IMG/VR virus record: IMGVR_UViG_3300022844_000007 | Location: 1-53,891 of that record | Length of the DNA stretch: 53,891 bases | Strand: one strand, 5' to 3' | Source of the DNA: a virus | Taxonomy: Duplodnaviria > Caudoviricetes | Shown: in pieces, positions 8,806-19,300 of the stretch | Numbering within the stretch: the stretch's first letter is position 1 | Layout of the letters: each line of letters starts with the position of its first letter | The notes under the pieces: model-generated | What the model saw: the letters and a program-made list of their open reading frames with translations, nothing else | Database searches by the model: none | What the model was told of the DNA's origin: nothing | Position numbers and translations under genes: made by a program

Positions 8806-8908
8806 TTTTTGGGGGGTTCCAACATGGCTAATGCGATAACGGATTGGTTAACTGATGTTATTATGGACCGCGACTGGTGAGGTATCCCTATGCCTGATCG
8901 CCGGTAGT

Positions 8909-8939
8909 AGTTGATCCTGTAATGTGCTGGTGCTATATT
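8909..8939 (+). promoter_or_regulatory. Sigma70-like promoter for the capsid operon
   Basis: TTGATC (8911-8916), 17-nt spacer, extended -10 TG-n-TATATT (8934-8939). Confidence 0.65.
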
Positions 8940-8945
8940 CGATAG

Positions 8946-9100
8946 TACGTCCTTCCACACGAGAGTGGAACGTAGCCACAGCACGTTACAGTTGTGAACT
9001 CGGTAGCCCCCACGATACGGTGGCAGAGGTCGGCTCTCTCTAAAAGGTGTGATTTTTCGTAGGCTACGACACAGCCAAATTAGGACGTTAGATCGTCCAC
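8946..9100 (+). ncRNA. Structured 5' leader of the major capsid mRNA with repeated hairpins
   Basis: Five to six consecutive stem-loops, most displaying ACG(A/T)NA; see findings. Confidence 0.65.
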
Positions 9101-9135
9101 GGATTCTTACACTCATTTTTATTAGGAGAGCCAAA

Positions 9136-10284
9136 ATGGCTTTAACAAACTTTGGTAATTTAACGACTGAGCAGAAGGCGGTATGGTCACGTCAGCTTTG
9201 GTCACAGGTTCGTAACTACTCATTCCTTGAGAAGTTCATGGGCACAGACACTAACTCAGTGATTCAGCGAATCACAGAACTCACCCCAACTGAACGTGGC
9301 GACCGAGCCATTATCACGCTGGTTGCTGATATCACCGGAGACGGTGTTGTGGGCGACAAGACTTTGGAAGGTAACGAAGCGCCAATCAACGCTTATGATG
9401 CCACGATCAAAGTCGACCAGATGCGTAATGCTTCTCGGCACGAAGGCCGAATGGCTCACCAGAAGAGCGTTGTTACCTTCCGCGACCAAGCGAAAGACAA
9501 GATCGCCTACTGGCTTGCCGATCGACGTGATCAGCTGGCTTTCCTGACACTGTCAGGTGTGGCTTACACCAAGACCAATAGAGGCGGAACACGCGCTGTA
9601 TTGGGCGGCGGCGTTGCTGGTCTGAACTTCTCGGAACTCGAATACGCTGCCGATGTAGTTGCTCCGTCTGCTGGACGGCACTTCTACTGGGACGGCACAG
9701 GTGGTGGATTGCTGGCAGGTAATACTGCAGCAGTAGCAGCCGGTGACACCATCAGCTACGCGACTATCGTTCACTTGAAACAGATAGCGAAAGACACGGG
9801 GCTTCGCGGCGTGAAGCAAAAAGAAGGGATGGAAGAGCAGTTCCACCTGTTCATGACGCCGACCGATATGCGTAACCTTGAGTTGGACGCTGACTTCCTG
9901 GCCAACCAGCGTAATGCTGGCGCACGTGGCGAGAGCAACCGACTGTTCAAAGGCGGTTCTTCCGTCCATGTCAACGGCGTGTGGTGCCATGAGTATCGTC
10001 ACGTTTACAACACTGTCGACGGTACGTCAGGAACTGACATGTGGGGCGCAGGCGCTAACTTGGCCGGTTCACGGATGCTGTTCTGCGGTGCTCAAGCAAT
10101 GGGTATTGCCGATATCACCATGCCAAACTGGGAAGAAGAAGGTTTCGACTACCAGAACCAGCAAGGTGTTGCAGTTGACATGATTACCGGTATGCTGAAA
10201 CCACAGTTCAAGACACCATACATCGGTGGCGGCGCTGTGATTCAGGATCACGGCGTGATCTGTTGCGACGTTACGCACGCGTAA
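9136..10284 (+). CDS. Major capsid protein (N4-gp56/DUF4043 type)
   Basis: AGGAGA RBS before ATG 9136; MALTNFG..KAVWSR, GVVGDKTLEGNE, IKVDQMRNA, LFCGAQAMG, WEEE.FDY.NQ, QDHGVI. Confidence 0.92.
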   Translation: MALTNFGNLTTEQKAVWSRQLWSQVRNYSFLEKFMGTDTNSVIQRITELTPTERGDRAIITLVADITGDGVVGDKTLEGNEAPINAYDATIKVDQMRNASRHEGRMAHQKSVVTFRDQAKDKIAYWLADRRDQLAFLTLSGVAYTKTNRGGTRAVLGGGVAGLNFSELEYAADVVAPSAGRHFYWDGTGGGLLAGNTAAVAAGDTISYATIVHLKQIAKDTGLRGVKQKEGMEEQFHLFMTPTDMRNLELDADFLANQRNAGARGESNRLFKGGSSVHVNGVWCHEYRHVYNTVDGTSGTDMWGAGANLAGSRMLFCGAQAMGIADITMPNWEEEGFDYQNQQGVAVDMITGMLKPQFKTPYIGGGAVIQDHGVICCDVTHA

Positions 10285-10290
10285 TAACAC

Positions 10291-10318
10291 TCCCCCCTGT
10301 TCGCAGGGGGGATTCTTT
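10291..10318 (+). terminator. Rho-independent terminator after the capsid gene
   Basis: TCCCCCCTG-TTCG-CAGGGGGGA followed by TTCTTT. Confidence 0.85.
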
Positions 10319-10336
10319 ACATCTCGGAGATAACCA

Positions 10337-10759
10337 ATGAGCGACCAACCCGCAGTCACAGTACACAAACCCATTTTTATCAAAGCCGCTAACGGACCAA
10401 TCCATGCGGCGAACACGCTCGGACATACCGTTCGCATTGCGCGAGACCAAGTTGCGCTAGTGCGCGGCGATCTGGCAACGGCTTGTTTTGAAGCGGGTGG
10501 TATACCTGTTTCGGACCCTGCCTCTGACACACCAGACGCAGTAGTAGAATCAACACACGGCCCGTCTACAGAGACGATCCACACCGCTGTAAAAGCAGCA
10601 TGCGTTGCTATTATGAGCGACGGCAATCCAGAACTCTTCACTGTTGCCGGCCAACCGAAGGTGAGCGTGGTCGAGGAGATGTGCGAAGACATTGACCCCT
10701 CGTTTATCCACCGAGCTTTGATCGGCGATGTTTGGGATGAACTCAATAACAATATGTGA
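10337..10759 (+). CDS. Hypothetical virion-associated protein
   Basis: GGAG RBS; FTVAGQPKV motif; position after the capsid gene. Confidence 0.7.
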   Translation: MSDQPAVTVHKPIFIKAANGPIHAANTLGHTVRIARDQVALVRGDLATACFEAGGIPVSDPASDTPDAVVESTHGPSTETIHTAVKAACVAIMSDGNPELFTVAGQPKVSVVEEMCEDIDPSFIHRALIGDVWDELNNNM

Positions 10760-10769
10760 GTAGTATGAT

Positions 10770-11519
10770 ATGGGAACACTTTACGGATCATCAGTTGTAG
10801 ATGAAGCACGGTATCTTCTTCAGGATCTGACAGTTGGCGGTACTCGCTGGCTCGACGCTGAGATGGTATTGTGGTTTAACGCAGCGCAGCGTGAGGTGGT
10901 TACCTATAAGCCTGACGCCGTAGTGACAACAGAATCAGTCACCTTGGCAGTTAGCTCCACCAAGCAGGATCTCTATAGCATTGGCACGCGAGCACTACAC
11001 CTCATTTCGATCAGTCGGAACATGGGCGCTGACGGGACGACGCCAGGAAAAGCGGTTCGGCTTGTCGACATGGAGGTGATGAATGCTCAGAACCCCAACT
11101 GGCACACGGACACTGCAGCTACCGCTGTCAAACACTACATGTTCGATAAAAAGAACCCGACGATCTTCTATGTCTACCCAGCACCCCATGCTTCGACCGT
11201 CGTACAGGTAGAGGCGACTTATGCTGCTACGCCAGTTAACCTTACTGCGGGTAATATCGCAACGGCTGAGACTGTTGCGATCAACGTGCCGGACATCTAC
11301 TACAATGCGCTGGTCAACTACGTGGTGTTTCGGGCACTGTCGAAGGATACGACATACACGAAAAACGGCGTTGATGCCCAGTTGTATTACCAACAGTTCC
11401 TGACTAGCGTCGGTGCAGTTGATGTTTCTCAAATACGGGTAGACCCGAATCTAATGGTCGGTAACCCGAACGCTAACATCGCAGCAGCAAGGGATGATCA
11501 GAATGGCAGAGTACGTTGA
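10770..11519 (+). CDS. Head-tail adaptor (DUF6682-like)
   Basis: LLQD....RW...EMVLWFN.AQ, NPNWH, FYVYP, LVNYVVFRALSKD pattern. Confidence 0.75.
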   Translation: MGTLYGSSVVDEARYLLQDLTVGGTRWLDAEMVLWFNAAQREVVTYKPDAVVTTESVTLAVSSTKQDLYSIGTRALHLISISRNMGADGTTPGKAVRLVDMEVMNAQNPNWHTDTAATAVKHYMFDKKNPTIFYVYPAPHASTVVQVEATYAATPVNLTAGNIATAETVAINVPDIYYNALVNYVVFRALSKDTTYTKNGVDAQLYYQQFLTSVGAVDVSQIRVDPNLMVGNPNANIAAARDDQNGRVR

Positions 11520-12138
11520 TCTGGTAGAGCGCGTCGCGGCTGATGTTCCTGGCGCGATGGATAACCTCATACTACGTGAAATTGCACGCGGTGTGGCCGA
11601 CTTCTTTCGGCGCACTGAAGCGTGGCGCGTGGATATAACAGGCGCTACCTACACGACCGACAATATGGTGTTCACATCCGGTGTCCCCGAGGACACCCGC
11701 GTGATGGGCATCATCGAGCTGCGGCACGACGATGTGCCGCTAAGACCAAAAACGATGGCTGCTATGCAAGCAGATTACATCAACACCTCAACAGGGACCC
11801 CGAAGGTTTATTCGCTACCTGAAGACGATGTCTGTACTGTCACTCCATACGGTGCCAGTACAGACACGGGGTTTCGCGGTCGCGCCATCGTTTATCCCAC
11901 CTTATCCAATACGGAATTCCCAGATCTCCTGTATGATCGATATGAAGAAACGATCTGCATGGGAGTCATCTCACGATTACTTCTCCAACCACAAAAGACA
12001 TGGACGAACCGCCAGCTTGGCGGCGACTACCTACAACTCTATGAGGGCCAGCTAGATGAGCACAGGCTTGGCATACAGCGACGAAACCGATCAGCCAAAG
12101 TCACTAGACGGCACAGCTCCTATGGTGGACTCCTCTAA
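11503..12138 (+). CDS. Tail tubular/adaptor protein
   Basis: DVPGA...FFRRTEAWR, GTPKVY, RLLLQP.KTW.N pattern; position. Confidence 0.65.
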   Translation: MAEYVDLVERVAADVPGAMDNLILREIARGVADFFRRTEAWRVDITGATYTTDNMVFTSGVPEDTRVMGIIELRHDDVPLRPKTMAAMQADYINTSTGTPKVYSLPEDDVCTVTPYGASTDTGFRGRAIVYPTLSNTEFPDLLYDRYEETICMGVISRLLLQPQKTWTNRQLGGDYLQLYEGQLDEHRLGIQRRNRSAKVTRRHSSYGGLL

Positions 12139-12547
12139 CGCACAACTTGTAATGGTGCTGGAGGACGAGGTCTCCATGGCTTTCCCGATGATCGTTGACG
12201 GTCTACGTGAAGTCATCCGGCGCGATGCGTCCCCTGATTGGAACGAGTACGATGTCTACCATGAGTTGAAACTCAAGTCTGCGCAACTATTCATTGGCTA
12301 TGCAGACGGCGAGTACCAAGGTTTCATGGTGATGACCGAGGGGCATGATCAGATGTTCATCTGGATCATCTACACAACGCCAAACAAACTCGACATGTTC
12401 GACGACCACATGGAGACCGTGTGTAATTACGCACGTGGTGAAGACAAGAAATACCTAAAGTTCGGTACGACACGCAAAGGGTGGCTAAAGGTCGCACCGA
12501 AATACGGATTTGAATTAGACGAATACAGATTCAGGAGAACACTCTAA
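12122..12547 (+). CDS. GNAT-like tail assembly protein
   Basis: C-terminal AR....YLKFGTTRKGWLKVAPKYGFE, typical of the small GNAT-fold gene that precedes podovirus ejection genes. Confidence 0.55.
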   Translation: MVDSSNAQLVMVLEDEVSMAFPMIVDGLREVIRRDASPDWNEYDVYHELKLKSAQLFIGYADGEYQGFMVMTEGHDQMFIWIIYTTPNKLDMFDDHMETVCNYARGEDKKYLKFGTTRKGWLKVAPKYGFELDEYRFRRTL

Positions 12548-13137
12548 TGAGCAAGCCAAAAAAAGTAAAAGAGTCGGCGTCAGAGCGAGCGTCGAAAGAG
12601 GTGTCGTTACGCCAGGCTAGGACAGGTGACCGTATCCAGAGTAAAACAACGGCTGCTTCTTTTAACTTAGCGAATATGGATGTCACACAACGACTGAAAT
12701 CGAAAGCGAACGCTGACGTGAACCAGTCATTGGCCTATGAGAGCATCAAGGTTGACCCGTCTGGGGGTGCAGCAGTGAACTTCATGGGTGACACTGAGTC
12801 GACGCGATCTAATGCGAATCTCGAACAACAAGCAGTGGCAGAGCAATCGGCTGACATGGCTTCGCACCAGTTGAAGTCGAATGCTATTGCTTCGGTAGCC
12901 GGTACGACTACGTCGAGCAACGCGAAATTGTCTAACTTAGCCAGCATTGAAACGAACGCCGCGATTGGCAAGCAGACACTGAAAACGCAGAAGAACAAGT
13001 TCCTGTTTGACCTTGCGGGTGACGCGATCATCATCGGGCGTAGCGAGCAGCTCGAACGCAAAGCCGAAAAAGACGCTATGAAAAAAGCGAAAAATATGTC
13101 AGATGCGGCGAAGCTACGGAGGTTTAATAACGGATGA
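12547..13137 (+). CDS. Internal virion (ejection) protein
   Basis: A/S/Q-rich helical protein in the ejection-gene position. Confidence 0.55.
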   Translation: MSKPKKVKESASERASKEVSLRQARTGDRIQSKTTAASFNLANMDVTQRLKSKANADVNQSLAYESIKVDPSGGAAVNFMGDTESTRSNANLEQQAVAEQSADMASHQLKSNAIASVAGTTTSSNAKLSNLASIETNAAIGKQTLKTQKNKFLFDLAGDAIIIGRSEQLERKAEKDAMKKAKNMSDAAKLRRFNNG

Positions 13138-13823
13138 GTGAGAACGTATTGACAGGGCAAAGTAATCCACGGGTAACGCGTAACCTAGTAACACCAGAGG
13201 AAACGCCGACTGAGGCTCCCACTAGGCCTGTAGCTATCCAGCGAGCAGCCGTGCAAGCCTACCTAGATGGTATCAATAACAACACGGCGACGACTGCCGC
13301 AGGTGCCCCCGACCAACGCACTATCAGCAGTAATCCAGACCAAGGGTTGGCTGACGTTGCCTACAATGCAGAGCAGCGTTTCAATGCCTACGGCATGCCG
13401 CTTATTGATGAGCAACTTGCGACAGTCGGCAGTGGCCAGTACACGACCGACGCGATAGAAAGTGTCAGCACTAATCCTCAGAATGAGGTGGCGAGTCAAA
13501 CACGCCAGATGGGTCGGTACGGGTTGCAGATGACCCCCGAGCAGCTCAAAGCGCAGCAGCGTCGGAACAGTATTAACCGAGCGACGTCTGGGGTGGGTAC
13601 GATCTCAGGGGCGCGAATGGCGGATAAAGAACGCGACATCTCAGTTGTCGGTACGCTCAGCAACCAAGCGCAGGGACTGTCGGACGCGGGTGGTGCGGGT
13701 ATGCTCCAGGCATCACAGCGAAATGCACAGCGAACACTGGCGAATAAACAGGCCAGCCAAGCACACACACAACAGATGATAGGCTTGGGGACGACCGCCC
13801 TCATGGCCGCATTCATGATGTAG
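13134..13823 (+). CDS. Internal virion (ejection) protein
   Basis: Q/A/G-rich, RQMGRYGL motif, hydrophobic C-terminus IGLGTTALMAAFMM. Confidence 0.6.
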   Translation: MSENVLTGQSNPRVTRNLVTPEETPTEAPTRPVAIQRAAVQAYLDGINNNTATTAAGAPDQRTISSNPDQGLADVAYNAEQRFNAYGMPLIDEQLATVGSGQYTTDAIESVSTNPQNEVASQTRQMGRYGLQMTPEQLKAQQRRNSINRATSGVGTISGARMADKERDISVVGTLSNQAQGLSDAGGAGMLQASQRNAQRTLANKQASQAHTQQMIGLGTTALMAAFMM

Positions 13824-13832
13824 GTACAGATT

Positions 13833-16301
13833 ATGGGTCAGGCACGTTCAGATTACGGGATCTTAAAAGGCGCTCAAGCACGCGGGTTCTCCCGTGGGCT
13901 TAGCATTTATGACCGAGGGGTTGCGGCTGAGAATGACCAGTTTGATAGAGACGAAGCAGACATAAAGGAGATCGCAGCGGTGCTGGCCGATATGGATGCC
14001 TCATACGCACACATCCCGTTCGACGAAAGAATGGAAGACCCTCAGTACGCTGAACAAGCTATCAAATTCATAAACGTATCTGCGTTCGGCAAAGCCATGA
14101 GCAACGAGATGGCTACCCAGTTTGCGGGGGCCATCGGCATGCAGCAGGCAACAGGTGATCCAGCGCACAATGGTTTGTACGCGTTCGAAATGGTCGACGA
14201 TGCGGGGCAGGCTAAGGTGCTTACAGACAACCGAAGCGCCGACCCTAACGATCCTGTTAGTGCGTTTACTGCAAAGCAAATGAACAGTTTTGGGAATGTC
14301 GTAGGTAGAGCAGCGCGGTTCCATGCGGGATTAGCACCTCAAAGCCAAGTGGATTTGGCGGTGAACATGGCTATGAACAGCGTTGCAAGGACTGGTAACG
14401 CACGCGAAGATGCGGTCCGAGAACTCGCGGCGTTTACATCTGCCAGCGGTAACGGCACCCCTGAAGCTAGCGCAGAGTCAGCCAACATAAAAGCGGTCAT
14501 GAATCCAAATGACCGACAGCAGTTTGACGTTACAGAACGCGATATGATAGCGGCGAATACCCCCAAACAAGAGAAACAGGGACGGACGCAGGATGAGTCG
14601 GGGGACTATGATCAAGAGACAAATAACGGCTTATGGGAGCAGTTAGATCAGGCTGCAGAAGCAGGAGCCAATAGAATACGGGAATTAGGGGAGCAGTTAG
14701 ATCAGGCTGCAGAAGCAGGAGCCAATAGAACATGGGAATCTACAACAGCTTCAAGTATTCGCGCTGCGCAAGATGACAAGAATGCGACGCCACTGGATGT
14801 GGGTTTTGCGGCTGTAAAAGGGCTGGCTGCAGATGTTGTAAGTAACTTTAAAGCAGGCGCACCACAAGTAGCGCAGTGGGCGCGAGATACCACTCGACGC
14901 AGAATCAGCAATAGTCTAGGTGCAATTCTGCTAGAGACAACTAATGAGGCGGATGCCAGACGAGCTGAGCAAGCTACAAACAATGTCGAGTTTGAGAACC
15001 TATACGAAGTCGTGCAGGGGTTGGATAAATATCTCATTGATCCCATACGCCAGAGAAAAATAGCGTCTAACCTCCGCCGCCCAGTTCCTAGGTCGCTAGC
15101 GAGTCCGACCGCACCGCCTGCATCTTCAGGGGCGCTTGACCTAAACGACCCTCGCACGAGCGACGCCCTGTTCGAAGCGCAGTTCGGGAAGGCAGGCGCA
15201 GGCGCAGGCGTACTCGACCTAAACGACCCTCGCACGAGCGACGCCCAGTTCGAAGCGAAGTTCGGGAAGTCGGAATACTGGGCACAGGTGGATGCAATGG
15301 CAGCTGCGCGAGACGCGACAGCATCGGGGCCAACACCAGCATCGAGGCCACCGGATGCACCAGCAATACTAACGTCACCACCACCAGCCGATAAACAGCG
15401 AGAGTCGGAATACTGGGCACAGGTGCTCGAAATAGTGGACGCGGGGGGCATGATGCAACCAGGCATAAAGGCGGTCGCGAAGACCGCAGCTAATAGCCAT
15501 CCTTCGGAGGCCACGTTAAGGCAGTATGCGGATCAGCCTAACACGCGTCAACGACGTGCGGGTTTAGCAATACAGGCAGTCAGAACTGGATTCTGGACAC
15601 CCACACAATTCACGCAGCTTGCTGACATGTACATCGATACGGGCTATATGAACAAGCCTGATATCCAAGACACTAAAGCGGGGACTTTTGTCAACGGCGT
15701 CCGAGTGGCCGGCAGCGATGCCCCGCAAGAGGGGCTAAAGCCTGCCCAAGTCATAGGTGAAGTCACCAGCTTAGTAAAAAATGTAGTTGGGCCGAAGCAG
15801 ATGGCGGAATACGGGACGACTCTAATCGCGCAGTTAGTGTCGCAGACGGGTCCTGGCGGATCACTAGCGGGTAAAAACCCAAACGAAATTGCGCAAGCGA
15901 CGCTACTCGCTGTCGACCTATTCAAGGGGGCTTCGGGACAAGATAATTGGCTCCAGAAGTGGATAGGCGAGATCCCATTTGTCGGTACTCCATTGGCATC
16001 GTTTGCCGGTGTCGAGCCGAAGCTAACACAAGGATGGATGGTGCAGCTTGGTGCAGAATACCACCTAGCTGGCGGGGATTTGAACGGGAGTCCTGTGAGT
16101 AAGTACAAGAACCTAGACGATGCCGTTGGTGCAGCGACACAGATTTTTAATATGACACGCGGCGGCGGGAAACCGACCGCAGATCAGATAACAGATATAT
16201 GGCTTGGAGTTCAGGAGGAGTTCAGTGGGCTGGATTGGCCACTTAATCAGAAGCTGGATAGGTATCGTCAAGTTCTACAAACGCGAGCGAAACAGGATTA
16301 A
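13833..16301 (+). CDS. Internal virion (ejection) protein with internal duplications
   Basis: 822 aa, A/G/Q-rich, directly before the giant virion protein. Confidence 0.65.
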   Translation: MGQARSDYGILKGAQARGFSRGLSIYDRGVAAENDQFDRDEADIKEIAAVLADMDASYAHIPFDERMEDPQYAEQAIKFINVSAFGKAMSNEMATQFAGAIGMQQATGDPAHNGLYAFEMVDDAGQAKVLTDNRSADPNDPVSAFTAKQMNSFGNVVGRAARFHAGLAPQSQVDLAVNMAMNSVARTGNAREDAVRELAAFTSASGNGTPEASAESANIKAVMNPNDRQQFDVTERDMIAANTPKQEKQGRTQDESGDYDQETNNGLWEQLDQAAEAGANRIRELGEQLDQAAEAGANRTWESTTASSIRAAQDDKNATPLDVGFAAVKGLAADVVSNFKAGAPQVAQWARDTTRRRISNSLGAILLETTNEADARRAEQATNNVEFENLYEVVQGLDKYLIDPIRQRKIASNLRRPVPRSLASPTAPPASSGALDLNDPRTSDALFEAQFGKAGAGAGVLDLNDPRTSDAQFEAKFGKSEYWAQVDAMAAARDATASGPTPASRPPDAPAILTSPPPADKQRESEYWAQVLEIVDAGGMMQPGIKAVAKTAANSHPSEATLRQYADQPNTRQRRAGLAIQAVRTGFWTPTQFTQLADMYIDTGYMNKPDIQDTKAGTFVNGVRVAGSDAPQEGLKPAQVIGEVTSLVKNVVGPKQMAEYGTTLIAQLVSQTGPGGSLAGKNPNEIAQATLLAVDLFKGASGQDNWLQKWIGEIPFVGTPLASFAGVEPKLTQGWMVQLGAEYHLAGGDLNGSPVSKYKNLDDAVGAATQIFNMTRGGGKPTADQITDIWLGVQEEFSGLDWPLNQKLDRYRQVLQTRAKQD
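14635..15425 (+). repeat. Three pairs of in-frame direct repeats
   Basis: 42 nt identical at 14635-14676/14689-14730; 54 nt with 2 mismatches at 15138-15191/15216-15269; 23 nt identical at 15268-15290/15403-15425. Confidence 0.9.
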
Positions 16302-16303
16302 CT

Positions 16304-19300
16304 ATGTCAGAGCAAGGATCAGGTCTTGATTTATCAGGTGTGCCACTACGATCTTCTAGGCCAAGTAGGACACCTGCACCGACCCCCACTAATCGCAGCC
16401 TGTCTTCGGGGCCGACACTCCCGCGTGTACAGGGGTGGAATCCAGGACAGACAATGAGGGGACCGAAGCCGGAACCAACTACTACGGCGGGGTCGCTAGC
16501 ACGTGGCGCGGATAACATGCAGGCGACATGGTATGCAACGGGGCAAGTTTTCTCGCAGGCGTTATCGGATACGTTTGATAGCCCTGATATGGAAGGCATG
16601 TCTGAATATTTCGGTGAGAATGCTGAACGCAATCTACTTGAGGCGGCACAAAACCCCGCCTCAATCCCCACGTGGGAGGACGCTACTGACTGGGAGAAGA
16701 AGTTCACGTGGTTCGCGGAAGCGGTGTTTGAAAACGTGCCTAATATGGCGACGACGTTTGCAACGGGCGGTGTGTTCGCGGCACTGAGTAAAACGGGTGC
16801 ACTGGCAGGGGCTGGTAAGCAGCTGTTTTCTAAGATGCCTTTGAAGGCCGCTCAAAAATTCCAATCCGCTATACCTGCGATAGAGCAGAAAGTGGGCAGT
16901 ACGACAGGTGCGTTTGCAAAGGGCATGATCGCGGGTACGTATCCGCAGGTTACGGGTGAGACACAACTCGAATTCAACGAGCGTGGCATCAGGGCACCAG
17001 CGACTGTCATTGCTTCAGGTATACCCCAGACGGTCGTAGAATTTGCGACGGGTATCGAAGCTAAAATGATGAAGGCGATTACTAGCGTCGGAGTCCCCAA
17101 GAAAGTATTTGATAACGTGTTCGCTCGGCTTACTGCAAGTGGGGCACTGACGGCAATAGGTGAAGGCACCGAGGAAGCAATCCAACAGACGATGCAGTAC
17201 GTTGCCGTAGCAATGCACGACCCGTCGTTTGACTGGGATGACCCCGAAGCTATTGAGAACATAAAAGAGTCTGCACGGAAGGGTGCGGCAGCAGGTGCCG
17301 GTACTACGGTCGCGATGGATGTGACTCACGAGGCGCTTACGCTAGGCCAAGGCACTTTTCAAAAACTTAACGCTAAGAAAAATCCGGTTAACCCCGATGA
17401 CCCTGACGACATCATCGGTTTGCATGCGCCTATCGATCCTAGCGAAGGCCCGATCGATGCCTCACCAGAGATATTCAAAAAAGATATCGATGCGATGTTC
17501 ACCAACCAACTCGAAGTCATGGCACTCGCCAATAACTGGACCAAGCGCCAAGAGAATGGCGCACCGCTGTTCGGGGGCAAGCCAGAAGACCAGATGACAG
17601 GTGCGCAAGTTCTCGAGCGATTTAACAAGGTGCTTAGTGGCAATCAGCGCGTGGACGCGGATGTGGCAGTTGGCATTATGGCAGGGATGGAGAACCTTCG
17701 ATCCCCAGTAGAAGGCGTCGAGATTCCTGGAAACTCTATCAGTGGATCTATAGCACGCGGCTATTCTGATGCGGCTGACATCATCATCGGTGCACTGGGC
17801 CGCGGTAAAGCGGGAGAGCAGACGCTCACAGAAGAGATGCTCGCAGCGCAGGGAGACACTGTCAGCGATACGAACGAGCAAGAATCGGACAAGGTCTCCG
17901 ATCAGGTACAGCGAAGTGTCGCACGCGGGATAGCAAAGACTATCAATCTCGCTGCCATACGCCGGCGCATCGCAGGGGAGAATGCGAGCGACAACCCCGC
18001 TGCAATTAGAGAGGCAGTTATCGAGGCTATAGGCTCCCCAAGAGCAGCTCGGGCAGTTAAGAAAAATACCGCGCTCGCTTTGGAAGCGAGAGCAGCGGAG
18101 ATGGTGTTTGACGTTGCCGCAGCAAAGATGGCTTTCGATCGTGCGAAGCGAGAGGGTACAGCTGATGCTGAAACACTCATGGCTGAATATGCAGATAAGC
18201 TCAAAAAGCAGCAGATGTATGCTGATCTGACAAAAGTGGCTCCAATTCCAGCAGGGCGAGAACTACCCGAGACAACACGCCGTGCCGATAGTCAGATAGA
18301 ATCCGTGGTGAAGGGCGAGAAGAAAGCAGCCGTGTTCACTCCAGGCACGACGCCCTCATCTGAAGTAGTATCGGGGCTTCCCGATAACGTAGAGTCAGGG
18401 TGGATAGCAGGTAACCAGTGGTTCAGCTCCGACGAAGAATACACGGCGATGCTTAAAGCAACTGATGGTAACAACCCTACTGAGGTGCAAGAGACAATAA
18501 AGACAGTGCTGGATAAACCAGCCGTTAAGTCAGCTACTGACAACCGTGCAGTAGTCATTCGGGATGCTGAAAACAACGTAATGTCTGAGACGACGTTCCA
18601 CTCATCCGAGGAGGAATTGTTTTGGCGAAGTGCGCAGTCGCATGTACCCAATGGTGGCACTGTCGAAGTCACATCGATTGAGCAGGCTGTTCAGGTCAAG
18701 CAAGAAGAACTCGCGCAGCAGGAAGTAGAGCAGTCGGCGGATGGCCCACCAGCAGCCAATGACTTTCTGGAAGACGGCGAGCTACCTCGCGCCAAACGAC
18801 CACAGTCCATAACCGATCAAATAGAAGCTCTAAAAAACAGGGTGGCGCAAGAACAGAACGCGCCAACAAATACATCACTCGAAGAGCAGGCTGGTGTCAC
18901 GCCCGAGCTGGCGCAAGCACTACGCGCAGCGAATGTGACTAACAAGCAAGACCTCGCGGACATGTCAGTGTTCGAGATGATGGATGTTGCCGAAGATAAC
19001 CCAAACATTCCGATGACAGTTGGTTTGGCGGGGAACATTATTATGGCCGCTCGCAGAACAGCGGCGGAGCAAACAGCACTTCGCAACGCCCTTGTCGAGG
19101 CAGGTGTTAATAGAATTGACAGTGGTCAAGTGCCTGACACTCTGCAACTCGATGCGATGTACGAAGCAGTGGCAAGCCGAGAGATCGGCATCGTCCAAGA
19201 ATTCGGCCCCGAGCAGACGAGAAATATGATCGCCGATATGGTTGAGCACGCGATAGAAACCAAGCAACCATTTAGATTGAAGACGTTCTTCTCGCAGCCT

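Noticed and set aside
8825-8880. 18-codon mini-ORF after the scaffold gene
   Set aside because: Too short to support and without recognisable features
9049-9135. N-terminal extension of the capsid protein from GTG 9049
   Set aside because: A strong RBS precedes ATG 9136 and the upstream region is better explained as a structured leader
14635-15425. Repeat pairs as DGR template/variable repeats
   Set aside because: No reverse transcriptase is present, both copies are in the same ORF, and they are essentially identical
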